Sequence record: DRR378314_15
Length of the DNA: 45,634 nt
Reading direction: 5' to 3' (one strand)
Each line of letters begins with the position of its first letter. Within the stretch, counting starts at the first letter, position 1. Shown here one piece after another: positions 18,500 through 27,326 of the stretch. The notes under the pieces are model-generated. The model saw nothing but the letters and a program-made list of their open reading frames with translations, had not been told where the DNA came from and did not search any database. The position numbers and the translations under genes were made by a program.

Positions 18500-21349
18500 T
18501 TACTGCTCTAACCCTAGTAACTCAATTTCTGCGATTTGGACGAGTCCATCATTGTTTGCGTTTTTACTGATATTCAAACGATAGCTTAAATAGCCAAAAC
18601 CATTACTGAAATCAAAGGTACGGCGTTCAAAACGGGTACCCCAGCTTTCTCCTACAAAAGCAGCAATTTCTTCCCATGTTTGTCCACCATCATTTGAGCC
18701 CAGTAAACTAAAGTTTTCAGGGTCGCGCTCTGGCGCATCATTTGCACTTGTAATAGCTAAACCGCTAACAACTTGTTTTTGAGTAAAATCTACTTGGATC
18801 CATGAAGGATCGTCAGCAGTCGGTGCACCTTGCCAATCATTATGATCAAGCCATTTTGTATTAACATCACCATCAAACGCTTTATCAGCACTTTCACCAT
18901 CGCCAATACTATAGCGAGCACTGTAAATAGCATCAGGTAAGCGACTTAAGTCTGTGTAGGCATAATCAGGACCAACCGTGGCGATTTCAGCAATTTGTAC
19001 TAAGCCATCATTATTAGCATTTTTGCTTACTGACAAACGATAATAGCTATAAGCTAATGTATTACTAAATGTTAGGTTTTTTTGTTCATAACGCTGTTCA
19101 AATGTTTCACCAACCCACGAAGCTAAATTAACCCAATCTTCAGCATTATTAGAGCCCATAATACTAAATGATTCTGGGTCACGCTCTGGTGCATCGCCAG
19201 CACTGGTTATTGATAATGCATTCACTGCTTTTGCCTGTGGTAACTGGATTTGAATCCAAGCAGGGTCTTCATCAGTAGGTGCACCTTGCCAATCGTTGTG
19301 GTCAAGCCATTTTGTATTCACGTCATTATCAAAGGCTTGAGCTGCACTTTCACTGTCGCTAATACTATAGCGCGCACTATACTTTACGCCATCCGCTTTG
19401 CTGTGATCTAAACCTGGCTGCACAGGGCCGATTAAGTCGATATTTGCTATTTGCAACAACCCATCATTATTCTTATTTTTACTTATTTCTAATCGATAGC
19501 TTGTAAATGCTAATTGATTTTGAAATGTGAAGGTTCTTCTTTGCGCTCGTTCATCAAATGATTCACCTACCCAATTTGCAAGTTTCTGCCAAGTTGTTCC
19601 GCCATCATTTGAAGCAAATAATGTAAAGTTTTCTGGATCGCGCTCTGGCGCATCATTTGCACTTATTATTGCTAATGTATCTACAGCAACAGCACTGTCA
19701 AAATCCATTTGTATCCATGATGGATCCGCTTCGGTTGGTGCTCCTTGCCAATCATTATGATCGAGCCATTTTGTCGATGGGTCGTTATCAAATGCCTTAT
19801 CTTGGTTTTCTGCATCGCCAATGCTGTACCTAGCCGTAGCAACACCATTCATTACATTGGTATGATCAACACTAGTAAACACCGGCCCAACCATTTGAAT
19901 GTCTGACAACTGCACTAAGCCGTCATTATTTTTGTTCTTTGTTATATTGATACGATAGCTTTTATATTTTTGGGCATTAGTAAAGCTGAACTCTTGTCGC
20001 ATGAAACGCTCATCAAATGATGCACCGACAAAGCTGGCAAGATTTGACCATGTTTCTCCATCATCATTCGATCCTAAGATTGTGAAGTTTTCTGGGTCTC
20101 GCTCAGGAGCATCATTAGCGCTTGTAATAAACAGGCTGCTCACCGCATGAGGGCTTGGAAAATCAACCTGTATCCACGAAGGCGACTCTTCAGTTGGTGA
20201 GCCTAGCCAATCATTGTGATCAAGCCATTTAGTGTCAATATTCGAATCAAATGCTTTTGCTGCATCCTCTGCATCACTTATTGCATTTCGTGCTGTATAA
20301 ACAGCCCCCGTTAAATTCTCTTGAGTTGTCACCTCTTGTAATGGTCCCGTTGATACGGCTTCATCAAATAATGACAGTGATACATCTACAATGGCATCAG
20401 CCGATAATCCAAGTTGTTCTGTTAACGGATGAATACTGATAGCATCAAAGGCTGTTTGGCGAAGCGTCTCTAAAGCAACGCTATCCTCTGCGAGTGCCAA
20501 CTGAATATTCTGCTGGGCAGAATCTAAAACTGTTTTTAATGTTTGGGTGTCATTAAATTGAGCAAACGATGCATTAAGTAAAGACAACTTAATGGTTTTT
20601 TCATCAGCATATTCAATTGAACAAACCTGCTCACCAGAGTCATTTTCTTCGCAGTTTTCACCCACGATAAAGTTTTCAAGTTTATCTGCGCCAATTACAG
20701 GGGTTGTAAATACATTACTATTGCTTGTGTTCCACCCTAACAATCTTAATAGCAGATCAGACACCTGACTTTGGGCTAATACCATCAACTCTGGTGTTGA
20801 TACATTCTTACCATCATTTATTTGTTGCTCTAATAATTGTGTTGCGAGTGTGGTAAGTGCATTAGCTTGGAGTATTGCATCCTCTTCACCATTGTTTGTA
20901 TTACCATAATCAACAGATAATTGACCTAAAGTGGTAAAGGTGTTTCCTGCAATTGCTCCTTCTGCTGTTAACTGTGCAAAGTCTGCCTCACCACACTGCA
21001 AAGCGTCGCATAACATTGTCGAGCTCTCACTCGTTACAACATTTAGCTTAACTGTAGTGTTAATTCCAAAACCTGGGGCTGATGCTAACTCAACAAAAAA
21101 CTTGCCTTCATTGTCTGTAAATTGAGTACCGCTGATTGTTAGCTCAGTGCCATTTAATGCGCTTACTGATATATCTGCGTTTGCAATCACACCTTTTACA
21201 ACTGAGCCAGCAATTTCTGCATAGGTTACATCAGGTGTAACAGGAACATCCTCTTTTTGAGGGTCGTTACTTCCTCCTCCACAGCCACTGACAAGTCCAG
21301 CAGTGAGAAATCCTGTGCTCAGATGCTTAAAAAATTTTAGTTTATTCAT
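18500..21349 (-). CDS. Lipoprotein with unassigned N-terminal domain and four tandem discoidin/F5-8 type C (CBM32-like) domains
   Basis: Lipobox LVSGC; four ~152-aa repeats each with AFD-TKWLDHNDW, WIQ, I-SA-DAPERDPE-F---SN, NNDGL-Q. Confidence 0.8.
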   Translation of the reverse strand: MNKLKFFKHLSTGFLTAGLVSGCGGGSNDPQKEDVPVTPDVTYAEIAGSVVKGVIANADISVSALNGTELTISGTQFTDNEGKFFVELASAPGFGINTTVKLNVVTSESSTMLCDALQCGEADFAQLTAEGAIAGNTFTTLGQLSVDYGNTNNGEEDAILQANALTTLATQLLEQQINDGKNVSTPELMVLAQSQVSDLLLRLLGWNTSNSNVFTTPVIGADKLENFIVGENCEENDSGEQVCSIEYADEKTIKLSLLNASFAQFNDTQTLKTVLDSAQQNIQLALAEDSVALETLRQTAFDAISIHPLTEQLGLSADAIVDVSLSLFDEAVSTGPLQEVTTQENLTGAVYTARNAISDAEDAAKAFDSNIDTKWLDHNDWLGSPTEESPSWIQVDFPSPHAVSSLFITSANDAPERDPENFTILGSNDDGETWSNLASFVGASFDERFMRQEFSFTNAQKYKSYRINITKNKNNDGLVQLSDIQMVGPVFTSVDHTNVMNGVATARYSIGDAENQDKAFDNDPSTKWLDHNDWQGAPTEADPSWIQMDFDSAVAVDTLAIISANDAPERDPENFTLFASNDGGTTWQKLANWVGESFDERAQRRTFTFQNQLAFTSYRLEISKNKNNDGLLQIANIDLIGPVQPGLDHSKADGVKYSARYSISDSESAAQAFDNDVNTKWLDHNDWQGAPTDEDPAWIQIQLPQAKAVNALSITSAGDAPERDPESFSIMGSNNAEDWVNLASWVGETFEQRYEQKNLTFSNTLAYSYYRLSVSKNANNDGLVQIAEIATVGPDYAYTDLSRLPDAIYSARYSIGDGESADKAFDGDVNTKWLDHNDWQGAPTADDPSWIQVDFTQKQVVSGLAITSANDAPERDPENFSLLGSNDGGQTWEEIAAFVGESWGTRFERRTFDFSNGFGYLSYRLNISKNANNDGLVQIAEIELLGLEQ
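18503..20310 (-). repeat. Four intragenic ~456-459 bp domain repeats
   Basis: Repeat starts near 20300, 19840, 19385 and 18930; near-invariant peptide motifs with diverged synonymous positions. Confidence 0.9.
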
Positions 21350-21376
21350 AATAATGCCTTAAAGTTCAGGTATCGA

Positions 21377-21442
21377 TTACACACTAGCTTGCCCAAGTCG
21401 TTATTTTTATGGCGTAGGCAATTAATCTTGCTCAGTGTGTAA
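21377..21442 (-). other. Extended intergenic stem-loop between the receptor and lipoprotein genes
   Basis: Minus strand TTACACACT(G)AGC...TTGCCTA...TGGGCAA-GCTAGTGTGTAA; no U-tract. Confidence 0.5.
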
Positions 21443-21464
21443 ATACGTACTTATTTATATGGTT

Positions 21465-24446
21465 TTAAAAACGATAAGTTATGCCAGCATAATATCTTCG
21501 TCCGCTATAACTACTGCTGCGTAGGCGGTCTTTACTATCGTCGCCATAATAAGTTCGCGATTCTTCTTTAGTTAAGTTAATCACCGATACCGACAGAATT
21601 AGATTTTCTATAATGTTATAAGATGCGTTCAAATCGACTTGCTGATAAGGTTCTTGTGAAACCGTTAAGCCATCTGCAAGGCCTAATGCCATTTTTCCTC
21701 GACGGTTGTAAGACGCTCTAACGCTGTAGTCTTGATTTTCAAAGTACGCTGAAAAATTAAATTGATCGTCTGCGCTACCAACAAGTGCAGACTCACCAAC
21801 TTTCTCGCCATCCACACTAACATCGGCTTGGTTCGTATCATTTAATGTATAGTTAGCATTGATACCAAAACCATTTTCAAATGAATGTTGGGCAAACACT
21901 TCGACACCGCGTGAAGTTGCATTTGTACCATTGGCGGTTGTCGTAAATGGGGAAACAGTAATATTGCCGGGCGAGACAATTTCTTCATCCGTAAATGGAT
22001 TTGTAAAGCCATCAAATGGGCGCTCTGAGGTAATAATTAAAGGCACTATAAAATTATCGACATCTTTATTAAACATAGCAATACCCACTGCGGAGCCAAC
22101 TCCGTAGTAATATTCAGCCGATAAATCTAATTGCACTGATTCAAATGGTTCAAGCGCTTTATTGCCACCTGAACCACTCCATCCTTGATCCACGGGGTTA
22201 CCTCTGAACTCAAGGCGATCATCAGCCCACTCTTGCGATATGAAAGTAAGTTGCTCTGGCGCACCTAAATCATTAAATGGTGCTCGTGACATTGTTTTCG
22301 CTGCAGCAGCTCTAACAACGAACGAATCATTGGCTTCCCAGACTAGGTTTAAACTGGGCAGAAAACGTTCATCTTTTACGCTGCGCGTGGTCATTGTTTC
22401 TACATCAACTAAACGTTCATCGCCTAAGATGTCTTCGCCAGTTACGTCGTTAATATCATCTAAAAAATAATTAATTTTGTCTGACGACATAATTTGGGTT
22501 TGTGTTTCAACATAACGAACACCCACATTTCCTCGGAAATCACCAAACGAAAAATCAGCTTGTAAATAAGTCGCTGTGATTTCTTCCTCTATATCAAACA
22601 CAAAATCTGGCTCTCGCCTAGTATACTTAGCGTATTCACTAGTAACTAGATCGCGGTACTTTTGCCAGTTAATACTTGGCATCGTATTAACTTCAAAGCC
22701 ACCTGCAATGTTTTGCTCTGACTCTGCATTAAGTACGTCTTGAAGGCTCGGCATTCCACCAATCCATTGGTAAGCAACTTCGTCAATCGCACCTTGGCTA
22801 AATGGGTCTAAATCTCCACTCTCAATACGGTTTGCGCCTTCTTGCGTAATAAAGAATGTATTATTGGTTTCACGGTGCAAACTTGCTTGTCGATGCTTAA
22901 CACCCACGCGAATTGTATCTACGATGCCATAAGCTATGTGGTAATCTAAATCTAATTGCGCATAGTCTTCAACTAAGTCGCTAACAATAAAGCTTGAGCC
23001 TGTTGAGCCCGGATCGGGATCCCCTGCAACGCCAGCCTGTAAATTTGCTAGTAGAGCAGGATCGGCATAAAGTGATACACGCTCACCTAAACGCCAACCT
23101 GCAAACGATGCGGCATTTTCATTAACACCTGAATCACTTCGGCTTGCTGGCTGTCCACTTTTATACGCTGCATTAAATGACTCAGAAGGCCCTCCACTCG
23201 CTTCTGTTCGACCAAATTTACCGCTTAAGTCAAACAGGTCGCCCGCATATTCAAATGCAAAATCATAGGTATCAGAGGTGTCTTTTTCTTTTGTATAGCT
23301 TCCTATAATCCAAGGAAATTCTAAATTTCCCTCACTGCCACCTGCCCCGCTTGTAAAGTCCATTCCTGTTACAATAGTGCCGGTTTCATCGAGTAAAACA
23401 CCTGTTAAGTAATCGGGGTTGTATTTCCATTCTGGGATCATCAATTGAGATGTCGTGCGATCCTGCCCCAGTTCGAAATGGAAGTGATTAAAGGTAAGTT
23501 CTAAATTATCTGATGGACGCCATTGAAAAGTTGCTTGAATTCCAACTCGCTCGCGGGCCTCTTGCGTAATTCCAACACCAGCAACTTGTGGTGCCCAAAC
23601 ACCATCGTATGTGTTGCCATATGCATCTTCTAATGCATCAAAACGTCTAGTGCTATCCGTTATTTCGTTGCCATTACTATCCGTTGCAGGCAAATCACTG
23701 CCCGTTGCCCAGCGCCACCCACCGCCGCCTGACATATTGCCTGTAAGCGATCTGTTTGTACGCTCTTGATTAGTATATCCAAGTAAAAAACCCAGATTTT
23801 CATCTTCATTCTTCCAAGAGTAAACACCACTAAAGTTGGGTTCATATTCTTTTGTAACATCAGCGTAAGTATACTCAACATTCAATACACCAGAGTTAGC
23901 TTCCATGTCTAAAGGTGTTCGGCTATTTAGAATGACAGTACCACCCACTCCCCCTTCATCCAAGCGAGCTTCCGATGATTTAAACACTTCAACAGACTTA
24001 ACCATGGTTGATGGCAATAAGGAATAACTAAAGGAACGTGATGGAGAGCCCGGAGACGACGCGATGAAATTACCATTTAACTGGGTAAGAGTTAAATCAG
24101 ATGAAAGCCCTCTAATACTCACATTTTCCCCTTCGCCACCACTTCTAGAGATCACAACGCCGGGTACACGCTGCAAGGAGTCTGCTACATTTTTATCGGG
24201 AAATTTGCCAATATCCTCAGCCGTTATAGCATCAACAATTGAATTTGAAAGACGTTTAATCGCTAGATTTTCTGCCATTGAAGAGCGAATCCCTCGCACC
24301 TCTATAACTTCTATGTCATCATCCTGTTCGTTATTTTCATTTTGCGCCAATGCATTACTCGAGCTTGCAATTATCGCTAACATTAATGCTGACTTTCGAA
24401 ACCGCCGAGCAAGGTTTGGCGATCCTAAACTATTATTATTGTTCAT
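21465..24446 (-). CDS. TonB-dependent receptor, carbohydrate-uptake type
   Basis: IEVIEVRGIRSS, DAITAEDIGKFPDKNVADSLQRVPGV, VEVFKS-A-LDEGGVGGTV, GNKALEPFES, terminal GRRYYAGITYRF; start moved to ATG 24446 after GGAG. Confidence 0.93.
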   Translation of the reverse strand: MNNNNSLGSPNLARRFRKSALMLAIIASSSNALAQNENNEQDDDIEVIEVRGIRSSMAENLAIKRLSNSIVDAITAEDIGKFPDKNVADSLQRVPGVVISRSGGEGENVSIRGLSSDLTLTQLNGNFIASSPGSPSRSFSYSLLPSTMVKSVEVFKSSEARLDEGGVGGTVILNSRTPLDMEANSGVLNVEYTYADVTKEYEPNFSGVYSWKNEDENLGFLLGYTNQERTNRSLTGNMSGGGGWRWATGSDLPATDSNGNEITDSTRRFDALEDAYGNTYDGVWAPQVAGVGITQEARERVGIQATFQWRPSDNLELTFNHFHFELGQDRTTSQLMIPEWKYNPDYLTGVLLDETGTIVTGMDFTSGAGGSEGNLEFPWIIGSYTKEKDTSDTYDFAFEYAGDLFDLSGKFGRTEASGGPSESFNAAYKSGQPASRSDSGVNENAASFAGWRLGERVSLYADPALLANLQAGVAGDPDPGSTGSSFIVSDLVEDYAQLDLDYHIAYGIVDTIRVGVKHRQASLHRETNNTFFITQEGANRIESGDLDPFSQGAIDEVAYQWIGGMPSLQDVLNAESEQNIAGGFEVNTMPSINWQKYRDLVTSEYAKYTRREPDFVFDIEEEITATYLQADFSFGDFRGNVGVRYVETQTQIMSSDKINYFLDDINDVTGEDILGDERLVDVETMTTRSVKDERFLPSLNLVWEANDSFVVRAAAAKTMSRAPFNDLGAPEQLTFISQEWADDRLEFRGNPVDQGWSGSGGNKALEPFESVQLDLSAEYYYGVGSAVGIAMFNKDVDNFIVPLIITSERPFDGFTNPFTDEEIVSPGNITVSPFTTTANGTNATSRGVEVFAQHSFENGFGINANYTLNDTNQADVSVDGEKVGESALVGSADDQFNFSAYFENQDYSVRASYNRRGKMALGLADGLTVSQEPYQQVDLNASYNIIENLILSVSVINLTKEESRTYYGDDSKDRLRSSSYSGRRYYAGITYRF

Positions 24447-24569
24447 GTTTATCTCCATTCACTGTGTGTGTTCTTGTGCTGTGTAAGCCTTCATAAGGTC
24501 AAACAATTAGTTAAACCTAAAAACCAAATAATTAAGTTCAAGGTTAAATTGTTGTTAAATCACAATTCC

Positions 24570-24636
24570 AGAATAGGGTTTTACAATTAAAAGCGATAAT
24601 AGAAATTCGGTTAACAATGCTACAAAATCGGCGTTT
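24570..24636 (-). promoter_or_regulatory. AraC-type activator site plus -10 for the receptor operon (copy 1)
   Basis: Minus strand AAACGCCGATTTTGTAGCATTGTTAACCGAATTTCTATTA (24636-24597); -10 TATTCT at 24575-24570. Confidence 0.75.
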
Positions 24637-24841
24637 AGTATATTTTAATATCTATTTCAATTTGAATTGGTTTATAGTCTTAAACCATAAAAACTGAGTT
24701 TATTTATTAGTACAGGAACATTAATACTCAATAAAAACACATATAAATCATTAATTAAAAAGAGATTTATAGTTTATTTTTGATGTCTGACTAAGTGGTA
24801 AATAATATATGGCAACTAAATAATTTATTTTAGGAAATGTA

Positions 24842-25582
24842 GTGACAGGTAAAAATTTAGAAATTTGTTTGAATTCCGACAACCTATTAACGCTCCCTAT
24901 TAATCTTAATAGTGCATTTATCGCAGGAGCAAATAGAGTTGAGTTGTGCAGCTCTATGCACCTTGATGGATTGTCACCAGACAGTACTGCGATCAAACTG
25001 TGTGCGCAACAAATACCAGCACACGGTGAGCTTCTCGTAATGATACGACCTGTTGCAAACACGTTTGTTGCCAATAACAAAATTTTAAACAAGATGATTC
25101 GTGAAATAACACGTGCAGCAGATTTAGGGGCAACCGGTGTAGTATTTGGTGCAATATCTAAATCAGAAATAGACATAAACACAACCCAAAAGCTTGTGTT
25201 ATGCGCACAAAAGAACGGTTTAAAAACAACATTTCATCGCGCATTTGATTGTATTAATGATAAACAACAAGCGATAAAGCAACTAATTGATTTAGGTATT
25301 GACCGCGTGCTAACTAATGGAAATCATTGGAATGCTAACCAGCCTATACTGCATAACCTTTATCAATTAGAACAACTTATTGAGGAAGCTCAAAATCAAA
25401 TTGAAATTGTGATAGGTGGTGGTGTAACTACTAAAAACGCAGGTAAATTATGGCAACTAGCGGTTGGCAATTTAGTATCACTTCATACACACTCAGGCGT
25501 ACTCAACAATAAAGGGGATATTAATCCATTATTGATAAGTGAAATTTTAGATACTACTGAAAAGCAGGCATTGAATGATTAA
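24842..25582 (+). CDS. cutC: CutC-family TIM-barrel protein (divergent)
   Basis: LEIC, GANRVELCS, VMIRP, GATGVVFG, TFHRAFD, RVLT-G, GGGV motifs; GTG start after AGGA. Confidence 0.85.
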   Translation: MTGKNLEICLNSDNLLTLPINLNSAFIAGANRVELCSSMHLDGLSPDSTAIKLCAQQIPAHGELLVMIRPVANTFVANNKILNKMIREITRAADLGATGVVFGAISKSEIDINTTQKLVLCAQKNGLKTTFHRAFDCINDKQQAIKQLIDLGIDRVLTNGNHWNANQPILHNLYQLEQLIEEAQNQIEIVIGGGVTTKNAGKLWQLAVGNLVSLHTHSGVLNNKGDINPLLISEILDTTEKQALND

Positions 25583-26453
25583 TAAAAAATCACAGTTTTT
25601 TTTAGGTATTGATGGCGGCGGAACAAAATGCCGTGTCAGACTCGAAAACGAAAAAGGCGATTTACTCGCGCAAGCACAAAGTAGCTCTGCAAACATTGCA
25701 ACGTCAGTAGAAATAGCACAAAAATCTATTGTTGATGCGACCATGCTAGCACTCAAGGAAGCAAATTTACCAGCCTCTGTACTGCCTTCTATCAATGCTT
25801 ATGCCGGGCTTGCAGGAGCAAACATTGAAAACGCCAAAGTAGCTATGTCCAAATGGTTACATCCGTTTGCACAATTTAATTTTTCTACAGATTTACATAT
25901 AGCCTGCCTTGGTGCGCACGGAAATAACAACGGCGCTATTATCATTCTTGGTACAGGTTTTTGTGCTGGTGTCATTCAAAATAATCAAGTAACAGAACTT
26001 GGAGGTCACGGACTACTGTTAAGCGATGGTGCCAGCGGAAGCTGGATTGGCCTTGCTCTTTTTCGCCATACTTTAGAAGTGCTAGATGGCCTTTATCCAA
26101 GTACGCCATTAGTTGAGGCATTTTTAGCTCAAACAAAGTTTGCTAATGCACACCTGTTAACTCAACGTGCAATGAACGAAAAACCAGCTTATTTCGCACG
26201 TTTCGCACCGCTGGTATTTACTATGCGTGAAGACCCTATTGCGAAATCCATTATTCAAAAAGCAGCGGATTATACAACCCGTTACATCGAACATTTAGTA
26301 AGGCTCGGATTTAAAAATATCACTCTAGTCGGTGGAGTGGCAGATAAAATTAGCCCATGCTTGTCCAGCAATATACAAAGCTACCTTTGTAATGCTAAAT
26401 ATTCACCAGAGCAAGGGGCTATTCAATTGGCTAGACATTACGCTAACGATTAA
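25575..26453 (+). CDS. BadF/BadG/BcrA/BcrD-family sugar kinase, N-acetylglucosamine kinase-like
   Basis: GIDGGGTKCR, GLAGA, TDLHIACLGAH, ILGTG, GGHG---SDGASGSWIG; overlaps the cutC stop by 8 nt. Confidence 0.8.
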   Translation: MINKKSQFFLGIDGGGTKCRVRLENEKGDLLAQAQSSSANIATSVEIAQKSIVDATMLALKEANLPASVLPSINAYAGLAGANIENAKVAMSKWLHPFAQFNFSTDLHIACLGAHGNNNGAIIILGTGFCAGVIQNNQVTELGGHGLLLSDGASGSWIGLALFRHTLEVLDGLYPSTPLVEAFLAQTKFANAHLLTQRAMNEKPAYFARFAPLVFTMREDPIAKSIIQKAADYTTRYIEHLVRLGFKNITLVGGVADKISPCLSSNIQSYLCNAKYSPEQGAIQLARHYAND

Positions 26454-27165
26454 TGTTTTCACGCATTTGTGAAGGTACTTCACCAAATAAACGTCTAAAT
26501 TGTTTACTAAAATAACTCGGCTCTGCAAAGCCACATTGGTAAGCTATTTGCGAAATAGGTAAGCGTGTTTCAACTAATAATTTACGTGCATTTTCCAAAC
26601 GTATTTCGTTAATAAATTGATTTGGTGTTTTAGCTAAATGTTTTTTAAAGCGCCTTTCTAACGCACTCACAGATAAATGAGCAAGGTCCGCTAAGTGTTC
26701 TATGTTGATAGGGCGTGAATAATGTTCGCGAATATAATCTACTGGCCCTTCTATTGCCCTAACATGGGATAAAGCTTTAGAGGTCTTTTGAAGGTGACGT
26801 GTAACCCCATAAGTTCCGACAATTTCTTGATCCAAATAAATAGCTTTTTTAGAAGTAGAAAACCAAGCCAAGTCTCCATTTGATGTGTGGTTTAATTCAA
26901 GCCTGTCGGTGACAGTTCCCCCCAACATCACTCGCTTATCATCATTTACATATTGAAACGCTAAATGTTTTGGTGAAAAGTCATAATCAGTTTTTAAAGC
27001 TATTTGCTCAAACGTTTTATAACCCTGATGTTCAATAAAATGCTGATTGGCAAAGAGAACTCGACTTTCAGTGTCTTTTACCCAAAACAAAATATCAGGC
27101 AACATATCAAATGCTGATATTAATTGATTGACACCTGCTCTATCAATAATTTGCTGAATGTCCAA
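26443..27165 (-). CDS. AraC-family regulator with N-terminal PAS-like domain
   Basis: FWVKDTESRVLFAN...KTDYDF...YVNDDKRV (PAS-like); LSVSALERRFKK, IAYQCGFAEPSYFSKQFRRLFGEVPSQ (AraC HTH). Confidence 0.9.
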   Translation of the reverse strand: MDIQQIIDRAGVNQLISAFDMLPDILFWVKDTESRVLFANQHFIEHQGYKTFEQIALKTDYDFSPKHLAFQYVNDDKRVMLGGTVTDRLELNHTSNGDLAWFSTSKKAIYLDQEIVGTYGVTRHLQKTSKALSHVRAIEGPVDYIREHYSRPINIEHLADLAHLSVSALERRFKKHLAKTPNQFINEIRLENARKLLVETRLPISQIAYQCGFAEPSYFSKQFRRLFGEVPSQMRENINR

Positions 27166-27205
27166 CGCACAAAACCTCTAAAATCAACTTAAAACTAAAT
27201 ATATA

Positions 27206-27272
27206 AAACGCCGATTTTGTTGCATTGTCAACCGAATTTTTATTACCCCTGATGATTACCATTCTCTATTAT
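27206..27272 (+). promoter_or_regulatory. AraC-type activator site plus -10 for the 3-ketoglycoside operon (copy 2)
   Basis: AAACGCCGATTTTGTTGCATTGTCAACCGAATTTTTATTA (27206-27245), 37/40 identical to copy 1; -10 TATTAT at 27267-27272. Confidence 0.75.
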
Positions 27273-27326
27273 TAATAACATGATGTTAACTAAATTCAAT
27301 AGATTACTATTGAGGTGGTATTTTAG

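Noticed and set aside
18503-20310. Regularly spaced DNA repeats as a possible CRISPR array
   Set aside because: Period is ~457 bp, in frame inside one ORF and conserved at protein level; no short repeat-spacer structure and no cas genes
24064-24486. 140-aa plus-strand ORF
   Set aside because: Antisense shadow of the TonB receptor plug region; no family features
24751-25182. 143-aa minus-strand ORF
   Set aside because: Antisense shadow of cutC
24842-25582. Interpreting cutC as a copper-resistance locus, or as choline TMA-lyase CutC
   Set aside because: No copper transport or regulatory genes nearby; a 246-aa TIM barrel is unrelated to the large glycyl-radical enzyme of the same name
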